From Candidatus Delongbacteria bacterium (lineage in GTDB: Bacteria > UBA4055): a DNA stretch of 64,000 nt. The notes under the pieces are model-generated. The model saw nothing but the letters and a program-made list of their open reading frames with translations. It was not told where the DNA came from and did no database searches. The position numbers were made by a program, and so were the translations under genes. The stretch is taken from assembly GCA_016938275.1 (NCBI GenBank), contig JAFGUZ010000165.1, positions 15,459-79,458 on the forward strand. Reading direction: 5' to 3'. Of the stretch, positions 27,803-37,351 are shown piece after piece; the first letter of the stretch is position 1; every line of letters starts with the position of its first letter.

Positions 27803-28990
27803 ATGAAGCAAATTTTTAATTTTATACTGGGAATAATAACAGGAATTATTATCCTTGGAGGTTTTTATTTTTTTAAATTTAAAAATGAGCTCGTTACCAA
27901 ATCTGATTTGGATAATTTGTCAAAAATGTTGTATGAGCAAAAATCTCAGGATTTGATTATTAAATCGAATGAAAATTCCATAACAAATTCAGTGGCAAAA
28001 GTATCCCCATGCGTTGTTGGTATAAATGTTGTTAAATTAAAGAATCAAACAGTAAGAGAAAGAATCGATAATCCTTTTGACTTTTTTGCTTTGCCTCCTT
28101 TGTATCAATATAAAAATACAATTAAAAGAGTAAAGAGTATTGGTAGTGGTTTTATTTTTAGTTCGGATGGGCATATTATTACTAATGAACATGTTATTCA
28201 TAATGCTGAAGAGATAATTGTTACAACTACCGAGGGAAAACAGTATATAGCTGAAATAATTGGGGCAGATGAAATTTCTGATATCGCAGTTCTTAAGATA
28301 GATGTTTTTAATCATAATTATATCAAATTTGGTAATTCTGATGAGTTGTTAACCGGCGAGTGGGTTATTGCTCTTGGAAATCCATATGGACTTTTTGAAT
28401 ACAATAACAAACCATTGATAACTCTTGGTGTTGTTTCAGGTAAGAGTATTAACTTTGGTAGAAGTAGTGGAAACAATCATTTTTATGGAGAAATGATACA
28501 AACAGATGCTTCCATTAATCCTGGAAATTCAGGAGGACCACTAGTAAATCTGAATGGAGAAGTAATAGGTTTAAATACTATGATTTATTCTGAAAATGGA
28601 AGAGGAAGTGTTGGTATTGGATTTGTAACTCCGATTAATAAGGTTAAGGAGATAACAGATATTCTACAAACTAATGGCTACGTAAACAGAGCAATTAATT
28701 ATGGATTTTTAGTTGTGGATCTTACTAAAGAATTTGCCGACAAACTCGGAATTGATAAAGATAGTGGAGTTGTAATTTTAGATATATTGAATGGGAGCTC
28801 AGCTTACGATTCAGGTTTATTGAAAGGTGATTTAATTGTTGGAATAGAAGGTTATGAAGTAAAGTCAATTTATGATATAGAAACAGTTAAAAAATCTACA
28901 AAAGATTTTAAGGTTGGCGATCAAATTAAACTCGTAGTATATCGCAATGGACAATATCTAAATTTTGATATGAAATTAAAATCGTACTAA
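27803..28990 (+). CDS. htrA: HtrA/DegP-family trypsin-like serine protease with one PDZ domain, N-terminal membrane anchor
   Basis: Catalytic His (TNEHVI), Asp and GNSGGPL Ser motif. C-terminal PDZ (GDLIVGIEG). Confidence 0.85.
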   Translation: MKQIFNFILGIITGIIILGGFYFFKFKNELVTKSDLDNLSKMLYEQKSQDLIIKSNENSITNSVAKVSPCVVGINVVKLKNQTVRERIDNPFDFFALPPLYQYKNTIKRVKSIGSGFIFSSDGHIITNEHVIHNAEEIIVTTTEGKQYIAEIIGADEISDIAVLKIDVFNHNYIKFGNSDELLTGEWVIALGNPYGLFEYNNKPLITLGVVSGKSINFGRSSGNNHFYGEMIQTDASINPGNSGGPLVNLNGEVIGLNTMIYSENGRGSVGIGFVTPINKVKEITDILQTNGYVNRAINYGFLVVDLTKEFADKLGIDKDSGVVILDILNGSSAYDSGLLKGDLIVGIEGYEVKSIYDIETVKKSTKDFKVGDQIKLVVYRNGQYLNFDMKLKSY

Positions 28991-29002
28991 ACAGGAGATA
29001 AT

Positions 29003-30349
29003 ATGAATACCCCTATGAATGGAGAAGCGGTATCCAAAATCATCAAGGAAAGCAAACTAAAAAATGTAGGTCTTGCTAGTATAAGAGAGTTAAACAGGCT
29101 TGTAAATAATATTGAAAAGGCAACTGGAGAAAAGTTCATCAGAATGGAAATGGGCATTCCGGGACTTGATGCTCCAAAAGTAGCCATCGATGCTGAAATT
29201 GAAGCACTTAAAAGAGGAGTTAGTTCTAAATATCCTCCATTTGAAGGTGTACCAGAAGTAAAATCAGAAATTCAGAAATTTGTAAAGAATTTTATGAATG
29301 TTGACGTAAATTTTGAAGGATGTCTTCCAACAGTTGGATCTATGCAGGGTTGCTACATGGGTCAAATGGTTTGTACAAGAAGATTTAAAAATAAAAATAA
29401 AATTCTTTTTATTGACCCTGGTTTTCCGGTAAACAAAAGACAAGCTGCAGTAATTGGTATTCAGTCTGCTAGTTTTGATATATATGATTTTCGTGGAGAT
29501 AAATTAAGAGATAAACTTGATTCGATTCTTTCAAGTGGAGAATTTGGAGCTTTGCTATATTCGAATCCAAACAATCCAGCCTGGATCACATTAACTGAAG
29601 AGGAGCTTTCAATAATTGGTGAAATGTGTACAAAGCATGATGTAGTTGCCTTGGAAGATTTAGCTTATTTTGGAATGGACTTTAGATTAGACTATTCAAA
29701 GCCAGGAGTAGAGCCATTTATTCCAACAGTTGCAAAATACACTGATAACTATATTCTTATCATATCTAGTTCAAAATCATTTACTCTAGCAGGACAAAGA
29801 ATTGGAATGACGGTAATTTCAAATAATTTATTTGAAAAGGAGTATAAAGACCTCGAATCATGGTTTGGTTCAACCAGTTTTGGACATGCTTATCTCTTTG
29901 GTGCTCTTTATGCTCTTAGTTCAGGTGTTTCTCATAGTGCTCAATATGGACTTGCTGGAGTATTAAAAGCTGTTAATGACGGAACTTTCAATTTTGTTGA
30001 CTCCGTGAGAGAGTATGGAGAAAGAGCAAAAGTTATGAAAGATCTTTTTAAAAAATATGGATTTCATATAGTTTACGACACGGATGGCAATGAACCAATT
30101 GCTGACGGATTTTATTTTACAGTTGCTTATAATGGTTTTGACGGTGGAGAACTGATCGAGGAGCTGTTGTATTATGGAATCTCAGCGATTGCACTTACAA
30201 CAACTGGTAGTACCAGACATGAAGGACTTCGAGCTTGCGTTTCTTTGACAGGTTCAGATAGGTATGAAGATCTAGAGGAAAGATTGAAATGTTTTGCAAA
30301 AGATCATGAAAACAATGAAAGAGCAAAAGATTTTTTTAGAAATGTTTAA
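29003..30349 (+). CDS. PLP-dependent aminotransferase, class I/II fold
   Basis: SSSKSFTLAGQRIG PLP-lysine region and NPNNPAW motif; 448 aa. Confidence 0.7.
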   Translation: MNTPMNGEAVSKIIKESKLKNVGLASIRELNRLVNNIEKATGEKFIRMEMGIPGLDAPKVAIDAEIEALKRGVSSKYPPFEGVPEVKSEIQKFVKNFMNVDVNFEGCLPTVGSMQGCYMGQMVCTRRFKNKNKILFIDPGFPVNKRQAAVIGIQSASFDIYDFRGDKLRDKLDSILSSGEFGALLYSNPNNPAWITLTEEELSIIGEMCTKHDVVALEDLAYFGMDFRLDYSKPGVEPFIPTVAKYTDNYILIISSSKSFTLAGQRIGMTVISNNLFEKEYKDLESWFGSTSFGHAYLFGALYALSSGVSHSAQYGLAGVLKAVNDGTFNFVDSVREYGERAKVMKDLFKKYGFHIVYDTDGNEPIADGFYFTVAYNGFDGGELIEELLYYGISAIALTTTGSTRHEGLRACVSLTGSDRYEDLEERLKCFAKDHENNERAKDFFRNV

Positions 30350-30387
30350 TCAACAATTCGCTTTTATATTTTTATTTTAATCTATAA

Positions 30388-30414
30388 AAAAAGGTGTCTA
30401 AAAGACACCTTTTT
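30388..30414. terminator. bidirectional rho-independent terminator (AAAAAGGTGTC-taaaa-GACACCTTTTT)
   Basis: 11-bp perfect stem flanked by an A-run and a T-run. It lies between convergent genes 29003-30349 (+) and 30414-30917 (-). Near-identical to the hairpin at 2575-2601. Confidence 0.7.
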
Positions 30415-30917
30415 TAGAAAGCCCAAAACTTGTTGTCATGCCAGATCTTTTCTTTCAATTGTTTTCCAATTTCTTCAAGATCATTAAGATGATTTGTTTC
30501 CCAATCTGCTAAGAATTCATAAAAATGTTTTTCATTAGCATCATCAGCTTCTTTAGCTCTATTTGAATACAGCTCAATAGCTCTTTTTTCAAATTCAATT
30601 GCAGCATCTATTGCAGCAGATTCGAAACTTGCAGCTTCTATTTTATTTATCATCTCTTTATCCATAACAGAATCAACCACTTCCATACCTTTTGCTTTTT
30701 CTGTGATTTCACTGTCAAAGTAGCCTTTTGATTTAAATCCATTGTAGAGGTCAGTTAGAAAACCATAATGAACGACTTCCTCTTCAGCCATTTCATTAAA
30801 AAATTCTTTAACTTTTGGATCTTCAACTTGAGAAGCTACTTTTCTAAAAAACTCCATACCTTTTTTCTCTAGTATTATCCCTTGTTTCAAAGTAATCAAA
30901 GTTTTGCTCTCATCCAT
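30414..30917 (-). CDS. ferritin-like / rubrerythrin-family diiron protein (no rubredoxin domain)
   Basis: E...EEEVVHY and E...ETNHL paired Glu/His motifs typical of ferritin-like diiron four-helix bundles. Confidence 0.55.
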   Translation of the reverse strand: MDESKTLITLKQGIILEKKGMEFFRKVASQVEDPKVKEFFNEMAEEEVVHYGFLTDLYNGFKSKGYFDSEITEKAKGMEVVDSVMDKEMINKIEAASFESAAIDAAIEFEKRAIELYSNRAKEADDANEKHFYEFLADWETNHLNDLEEIGKQLKEKIWHDNKFWAF

Positions 30918-31043
30918 AATGTCTCCCTTTGTGTTTATTGAAATGATATCAAATTTGTTATTAATATTATATGATATTTCCCACAGTAAAAAATAAAAAA
31001 GGACTTACTGATGAAGCCCTTTATAAAATTTCAAGTAGGAAAT

Positions 31044-31859
31044 CTATTTGCCGTATCTAACTTTTAAATAATTGGTAATTTTATCTGATTGTTTTAAGAT
31101 CTTTAAACCTTCTGCGTCTAATCTTCCAAAACTTGTTCCTTTGATATTTGACAACTCACCTGTAACATCTTTACCAAACAACTCAATTTTTAAAACATTT
31201 GATCTTCCACTTTTAAATTCGACAAACTCGCAATCATAGAAGCTCAAAGTATCATTTTTATCTAACTTCCTCTCTTTAATATCTTCTTTATCAGTATAAT
31301 AAAAAAGGTAACACTCTTCGGTACTAATTATTGAAAACATCTCGCTAGATACACTATCTGTTTTCTTATTTTCTGAAGTCTCTTTTACAATTATCGCAGG
31401 TTTATCCTTGACTGATTCTTCATAATTTTCAACATTGATTACATTTACTTTTGAAGAATCACCCTTAAAATCATTCCAAAAAGATTTTATTATCAAAAAT
31501 AGAATAATGAAAATGATTGATATAATAATAATCAATATTTTGTTTTTATGTACTTCAAGAAATCTTAAAATTTCATTCGTCATAGTACTCTGTTCAGTGT
31601 TCACATTTTCTAATTTAGAGTTCTCTGACTTTGATGAATCAATTCTTTTTTCAGTGATATTTTCTTCAAGATTCAATCCCAATTCTCTTGCATAAGAGCT
31701 TATAAACATCTTGACATAAGCTTCTGGCAAAGCATCAAATGTAGAGTTTTCTATAGCTTCCAAATATTTAATATTGATTTTAATTCTCTGTGATATAGCG
31801 ATAAGATCCAAACCACTTTTCTCTCTGGCTTTTTTTAATTTTTCACCAAGTTCAACCAT
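31044..31859 (-). CDS. rodZ: RodZ-like cytoskeleton-associated protein (XRE-type HTH, single TM helix, C-terminal domain)
   Basis: MVELGEKLKKAREKSGLDL...YLEAIE...MFISSYARELGL matches the RodZ N-terminus. TM ILIIIISIIFIILFLII. The start was moved from the TTG at 31874 to the ATG at 31859. Confidence 0.55.
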   Translation of the reverse strand: MVELGEKLKKAREKSGLDLIAISQRIKINIKYLEAIENSTFDALPEAYVKMFISSYARELGLNLEENITEKRIDSSKSENSKLENVNTEQSTMTNEILRFLEVHKNKILIIIISIIFIILFLIIKSFWNDFKGDSSKVNVINVENYEESVKDKPAIIVKETSENKKTDSVSSEMFSIISTEECYLFYYTDKEDIKERKLDKNDTLSFYDCEFVEFKSGRSNVLKIELFGKDVTGELSNIKGTSFGRLDAEGLKILKQSDKITNYLKVRYGK

Positions 31860-32052
31860 TTCTCTATCCTGCAATATTTTTCAAGTACTCTAATATAACT
31901 ATAGTAAGCTTATTTAAAAAGCAATTTTTATGGAATATCCCATTTTTGCAATTGCTTCTTATTTCACAATTTTAAAATAAGTGGTTAAGATGAAACAGCT
32001 TACTAAATCGTAACCCATATTTTTAATTTGGAAAATAATTACTTTAAAACTG

Positions 32053-34296
32053 TCAAATTTTAAAATAACTAACAATTTCTTTTAGCTTTTCGGCTTGAGA
32101 TGACAGTTCTTTAGCTGCATCAGCTGTTTCTTCTGAGCTAGCAGAATTAGTTTGAGTTATTTTTGAAACCTGAACAAGTCCTGTATTAGCTTGTTCAATT
32201 GCTCTGGCTTGCTCTTGAGATGAAACTGCAATTTCATTTACTAAATCAACTGCTTTGGTTATACTTTTTTCAATCTCTTTTAATGATTGGACTGATTTTT
32301 TTGTTATTGATGAACCTGTTTCTACTCTTTTAACAGAATCTTCGATCAATTCTGTGGTTTCTTTTGCGGCTTCTGCCGATCTTTGAGCAAGGTTTCTTAC
32401 TTCATCTGCTACAACTGCAAATCCTTTACCATGAATTCCAGCCCTTGCAGCCTCAACTGCTGCATTCAAAGCTAAAAGATTGGTTTGAAAAGCAATATCA
32501 TCAATTACTTTAATAATTTTTTTTATCTCTCCAGAACTAATTGCAATACCATGAACAGCCTTTTCCAGATCATTCATATTTTGATTTCCTTGTAAAGCTA
32601 ATTTTTTTGCATCTGATGAAATATTTGCTGCAAGATTTGCGTTCTCAGCATTTAATCTAGTTTGAGAACCAATTTCAAGCATAGTTGAAGTCAATTCCTC
32701 AATTGAGCTTGACTGCTCTGTAGAGCCAAGTGATAGAGAACTGGAAGCCTCAGATAATTGAGTAGACCCATGATCAATATCCTCTGCTGCAAAAGTAATT
32801 TCTTCGATGGTCAAATATAGTTTTTTGATTGTGTCTTCCAATGAGACAGATATTTTATTCATCATTTCATAATAGATTTTCATATCTTCGTTAAATGAAT
32901 CAGGTTGATATTGTATAGTTAAATCACCTTCAGACAATTTTTTTAAAAAGTATGATATTTGATCAACTTCTTTTACAAGGTATTCAGTGATCTGCTTACT
33001 TTTTTCTTGCTCAGCCAAAGCAATTTTTTTGGCATCTTCTGCAATTTTAAGCACTGAATTATCTGTAGATTCATCTTTAATCAGATTAAATGAACCACAT
33101 ACATTGTTTTCCAAATCAATAATAGGATAGGTTGCAATCGAATAAACAATCCTATTCCCTTTTTTCTCGATATTAAATGTGTCTTTTTTAGTAGTATTTC
33201 TTTCAACAGTTTCAATAAAGAGATCCCTTTTTAAATTGAGACTTGTTTGCTCCATTATTGAATCTACGTTCCCAAAAGTTTGTTCAAACAGATCATTCCT
33301 GTATAATATTTTTCCATCTTTATCATTGATAAATATAAGAACTGGCATTTTATCAAAATAAATTGTGTATGTTTTAATAATTTGATTGATGCCTTGTACG
33401 ATACTTATGTTCAAACCATGCCTTGATTTCTCAGATGTATCAATATCAACAGAACTTTTTAAGCTTCCTCGAACAATATTAGTTTTAATTTTCATTGTGT
33501 TTTCAGTAATAAGAGCTAAGTTTTCTTTGATTAAATTTAGATTGTCTGATAATTCTCCTAATTCATCGTTACTTACCTTTGAAAGGCTTATGTCATACTT
33601 ACCAGAAGCAATCTGTTTAGCAACATAACTAATTTCTTTTATAGGGTTTATGAAGTATTTATAAGAAAAAGAAACCATTGTTAAAATAACAATTAAGAAG
33701 ATTGTAAAAATTACAGTAATTCTAAAAAAAAGATCACTGTGCAGATCTTTTTCAAAATTATTTAGAAGAAGATCTAAATCATCAGAGTATATACCTGTAG
33801 CAAGGATCATATCAGATTTTGGTATTTTTTTAAACCATACATGTTTTTTTACAGGTTCATCTTTTCCACTCTTATTCCAATAATAGTCGATATAACCTTC
33901 GTCTTGTAATTTCGACATATCAACTAATTCTTTAAAGAATTTCTTACCTTTTACATCTTCATAATCAGATAAGTCTTTGTTTAGAAGGGATTTTACATAT
34001 GGATGATAGAGGCAATAATATTTTGAATTCATAACATAAAAATAGCCTTCAGGATCATATTTCATAAAATCTAGAGATTTAAAAAATTTTTCTTGGGAAC
34101 GTGTCGCAATGTAATCACCAATAGTCACATCTACGAGTGATTTCAATTGATTTAATCGTTCTTTTGTTAGTAATTCTTTTTGATCATTCAATTTAGAGCT
34201 ATAAGTTGAAAAATCAAATATTAATATGCCTCCTGTTATAGAGACTGCAGTTATCAATAAAACCAACAAGATTTTTCTATAAATGTCCAATTTCAT
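32053..34296 (-). CDS. methyl-accepting chemotaxis protein with a periplasmic double-Cache-like sensor, HAMP, PAS-like segment and MCP signalling domain
   Basis: Highly conserved MCP core IAFQTNLLALNAAVEAARAGIHGKGFAVVADEVRNLAQRSA. Two TM helices flank a ~180-aa periplasmic domain. The start was set at MKLDIYRK (GGAGAA RBS), not the ORF-track start. Confidence 0.8.
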   Translation of the reverse strand: MKLDIYRKILLVLLITAVSITGGILIFDFSTYSSKLNDQKELLTKERLNQLKSLVDVTIGDYIATRSQEKFFKSLDFMKYDPEGYFYVMNSKYYCLYHPYVKSLLNKDLSDYEDVKGKKFFKELVDMSKLQDEGYIDYYWNKSGKDEPVKKHVWFKKIPKSDMILATGIYSDDLDLLLNNFEKDLHSDLFFRITVIFTIFLIVILTMVSFSYKYFINPIKEISYVAKQIASGKYDISLSKVSNDELGELSDNLNLIKENLALITENTMKIKTNIVRGSLKSSVDIDTSEKSRHGLNISIVQGINQIIKTYTIYFDKMPVLIFINDKDGKILYRNDLFEQTFGNVDSIMEQTSLNLKRDLFIETVERNTTKKDTFNIEKKGNRIVYSIATYPIIDLENNVCGSFNLIKDESTDNSVLKIAEDAKKIALAEQEKSKQITEYLVKEVDQISYFLKKLSEGDLTIQYQPDSFNEDMKIYYEMMNKISVSLEDTIKKLYLTIEEITFAAEDIDHGSTQLSEASSSLSLGSTEQSSSIEELTSTMLEIGSQTRLNAENANLAANISSDAKKLALQGNQNMNDLEKAVHGIAISSGEIKKIIKVIDDIAFQTNLLALNAAVEAARAGIHGKGFAVVADEVRNLAQRSAEAAKETTELIEDSVKRVETGSSITKKSVQSLKEIEKSITKAVDLVNEIAVSSQEQARAIEQANTGLVQVSKITQTNSASSEETADAAKELSSQAEKLKEIVSYFKI

Positions 34297-34454
34297 GAGT
34301 TCTCCAAAAATAGTATTATGTAATATAAGATAATGCTTTATTTGTGTGATAAACAATAATGTTGTAGAAATCTTTTAAATTCATGAAAACTATCATTTGG
34401 TATTTCATTATTTTTTTTATATGTTCATGTTCGCTATTAACAAAGAGGATTAGA

Positions 34455-35024
34455 ATGAACAAGATATATACAAAAACTGGAGACAAGGGAACCACTTCTC
34501 TTGTTGGGGGTGAAAGAGTAGATAAATTTAATATCAAAGTTGAAAGTTATGGTACAATTGATGAGCTTAACTCAGTTGTAGGTTTATTAAGATCCTTCTT
34601 AAATTCTGAAGAACATAATCCTGATTTAGATATCATTATTGATGAACTTGGCATAATCCAAAATGTATTGTTTGATTTAGGTTCTTATCTAGCATCTTCA
34701 ATAATAGCCAGAGAGAAGTATGGACTAAAATTTTGTACAGATAAAACTGAAATGCTTGAGAAAACCATGGATAAATGGCTGAAAGTATTACCAAAACTGA
34801 ACTCTTTCATAATACCGGGAGGTTCAATAAGCTCATCTTATATGCATCTTGCAAGAACAGTTTGTAGAAGAGCAGAGAGAACAATCGTTAATTTAAGTAA
34901 GCAAGAAGAAGTAAATGATGATTCATTAAAATTTATCAACAGGTTAAGTGATTATTTTTTTGTTTTAGCAAGGTATTATAATTTTCTTAAAAAGAATGAT
35001 GAAATATTATGGACTAAATGTTGA
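34455..35024 (+). CDS. ATP:cob(I)alamin adenosyltransferase, PduO/MMAB type
   Basis: IYTKTGDKGTTSL...YGTIDELNS N-terminal signature. The start was moved to MNKIY (AGAGGA RBS); the upstream ORF-track extension is hydrophobic junk. Confidence 0.75.
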   Translation: MNKIYTKTGDKGTTSLVGGERVDKFNIKVESYGTIDELNSVVGLLRSFLNSEEHNPDLDIIIDELGIIQNVLFDLGSYLASSIIAREKYGLKFCTDKTEMLEKTMDKWLKVLPKLNSFIIPGGSISSSYMHLARTVCRRAERTIVNLSKQEEVNDDSLKFINRLSDYFFVLARYYNFLKKNDEILWTKC

Positions 35025-35673
35025 GGTTGATTTGAAAGTATTAGATTATGATTTACCAGATATTGAGATATTACGAAGTGAAAAGGATTTTGATTTTTTT
35101 ATTTGGGTACCAGATCAGACAAATTTGATCCTTGGTCAAAGTAATAATCCAGAAAAATCACTAAATACTGAATTTGTAATTCTTGACAATATCCCTGTTT
35201 TCAAAAGACCTTCCGGGGGAGAAACTGTAGTTTTAACGCCAAAAACAATTGTATTGGCATTTGTGGAGAAAAAAAACAGTCTTATTGCTCCAGGTACATT
35301 TTTTAAAAAATTTAATGGAATTGTAATGCATGCTTTGGAAACTTTAGGAATTTCAAATGTGTTCCATAGAGGAATATCTGATTTAACAATAGGAAATAAA
35401 AAAATCCTTGGTTCATCTATTTATATGAAACCTGATCGAATATTTTACCATGCTGTGATTAATGTTTCGGAATCTATTGATACAATAACTAGATATATTT
35501 CACATCCTGATAAGGAACCAGATTATAGAAAAGGTAGATCTCATAATGATTTTGTAACCTCTATTTCCAAAGAGTATCCAGAGATAAATATTGAAAGAGT
35601 TTTGAAATCTTTGAAACTTAGCATAGCTGATTATAAGCTAAAAAAAGAGATTAAAGATGCCCAAGGAAGATAA
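34996..35673 (+). CDS. biotin/lipoate protein ligase family protein (LplA/LipB-like catalytic domain)
   Basis: BPL_LplA_LipB-type core (FKRPSGGETVVLTP...IGNKKILGSSIY, conserved Lys). The start overlaps the upstream gene. Confidence 0.55.
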   Translation: MMKYYGLNVEVDLKVLDYDLPDIEILRSEKDFDFFIWVPDQTNLILGQSNNPEKSLNTEFVILDNIPVFKRPSGGETVVLTPKTIVLAFVEKKNSLIAPGTFFKKFNGIVMHALETLGISNVFHRGISDLTIGNKKILGSSIYMKPDRIFYHAVINVSESIDTITRYISHPDKEPDYRKGRSHNDFVTSISKEYPEINIERVLKSLKLSIADYKLKKEIKDAQGR

Positions 35674-36508
35674 AAAGTTAGCAGTTTCTCTTATGCTTTT
35701 ATCTTCGTTAAGTTTTGCTATTATGGGATTGATGGTTAAGTTTTCTGGTGATATCCCCGTTTTTGAAAAAGTATTTGCTAGAAATTTGATAAGTCTTTTT
35801 GTTGCAATTATTGTTTTGGTAAAGAGTTCTTCTAGATTTTTTGGAAAGCTTGAGAATCAGAAATTTCTATTCTTACGCTCACTATTAGGATTATCAGGAG
35901 TTGCATTGTTTTTTTATGCCATTCATAATATGAATTTAGCAGATTCCTCCATGTTGAATAAGATGTCACCTTTTTTTGTTACTATCTTTGCGTCTCTTTT
36001 TTTAAAAGAAAAGATCACGAGAAGATCCATCTTAATTTTAGTAATAGTTTTTTTAAGTGTCCTTTTGATTGTAAAACCTAAGCTTGACTTTACAATCCTA
36101 CCTGCCTTTGCAGGACTGACATCGGCTGCTTGTGCTGGTGGAGCATATACAATTCTGAGATATTTGAAGGATAAGGAAAAACCAGAAACAATTGTATTTT
36201 ATTTTTCTTTATTTTCTGTTATAGTGATGTTTCCATTAATGATGATTAATTTCGTAATACCTTCCTTAGAAGAGTTTTTTGCCTTACTTGGTATTGGAGT
36301 ATTTGCTGGAATAGCACAGATATTATTAACATATTCATACAGATATGGTAAAGCTTCAGAATTATCTATCTACAGTTACACAAATGTTGTTTTTTCTGGG
36401 GTTTTTGGCTTCGTTTTTATGAAAGAGATTCCAGATATTTTATCTTTTGTAGGTATAACTCTAATTGTAGTAACTTCTACTTACTTTTATAAATGGAGTA
36501 AGTCTTAA
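35657..36508 (+). CDS. EamA/DMT-superfamily transporter
   Basis: 10 predicted TM helices in two EamA repeats. Confidence 0.7.
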   Translation: MPKEDKKLAVSLMLLSSLSFAIMGLMVKFSGDIPVFEKVFARNLISLFVAIIVLVKSSSRFFGKLENQKFLFLRSLLGLSGVALFFYAIHNMNLADSSMLNKMSPFFVTIFASLFLKEKITRRSILILVIVFLSVLLIVKPKLDFTILPAFAGLTSAACAGGAYTILRYLKDKEKPETIVFYFSLFSVIVMFPLMMINFVIPSLEEFFALLGIGVFAGIAQILLTYSYRYGKASELSIYSYTNVVFSGVFGFVFMKEIPDILSFVGITLIVVTSTYFYKWSKS

Positions 36509-36731
36509 TTTTCCAACGATAAAATCTATTAGTCTACACCTTGTTTATCAAAATATATAATTTTAAAATTTTTAATCTTATTGTTATAGATAGATTTTAC
36601 TAGAACTTTTTATTGGGTAAAAAGTCTTTGAGCGAAAGTTAATAATTTGTTATTTTTTTTTAAAGTGTGAGCTAGCTCTCATTTCTTATATTAAAAACGC
36701 TTTATCATTCTTATATACAAGGGAGGTTAAT

Positions 36732-37136
36732 ATGTTTCTTAAAGTTTATTCCATCGGATCGGATCTTTTCAATTCCTCGATAATTGATATGATTTCGGAC
36801 GAATACACTGTGAAGATTAGTAGTGTTTTTTATGATGACATGGTTGATTCTGAGGATTTACTTGGTTTGACGATTTTTATCTTTGATGAAGGTAAAAATG
36901 GAATTGGAATGGAGTTCCTCAAAGATTTAAGAAGAAATGATTCGAAATCTCCAGCAATAGTTATTGCATCAAAAGAAAAAAATCTTGACAGTATATTAAG
37001 TTTACAAAAAGCTACATACTTGTTAAATTCACCTTTAGACCAAAATAAATTGAAGAATATGCTATCAAAACTTAAACAAGAATTTCATCAAACACAAGTT
37101 GAACTAGTACTTAAAAAAATATCCAGCTACCTTTAA
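36732..37136 (+). CDS. stand-alone atypical receiver-like (pseudo-receiver) domain protein
   Basis: Aligns with CheY: IFIFDE...GMEFLKDLR; PAIVIAS. It lacks the N-terminal DD acidic pair, and the conserved Lys position reads Asn (LLNSP). AAGGGAGG RBS. Confidence 0.4.
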   Translation: MFLKVYSIGSDLFNSSIIDMISDEYTVKISSVFYDDMVDSEDLLGLTIFIFDEGKNGIGMEFLKDLRRNDSKSPAIVIASKEKNLDSILSLQKATYLLNSPLDQNKLKNMLSKLKQEFHQTQVELVLKKISSYL

Positions 37137-37351
37137 ATTTACCTTACTCTACAGATATAAATGAAAAAGCAGTATTGTTACAAAAATAACAATTTTATGG
37201 TTAATTAACGATTAATTTAACTATTTCTCACCCCCCCTATTTGCAATTATTCCATTATATAAAGAATACAACATAATTTAACCTTGCTTTTTATTCATTA
37301 GTATGATAATTTTCGGCTTGTATTGCGGGGTGCGTACATTAAAAATTACCT

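Noticed and set aside
34383-34454. N-terminal extension of the cobalamin adenosyltransferase (MKTIIWYFIIFFICSCSLLTKRIR) suggested by the ORF track.
   Set aside because: Orthologues begin at MNKIYTKTGDKGTT. That ATG has an AGAGGA RBS. The extension is a hydrophobic read-through of the divergent promoter region.
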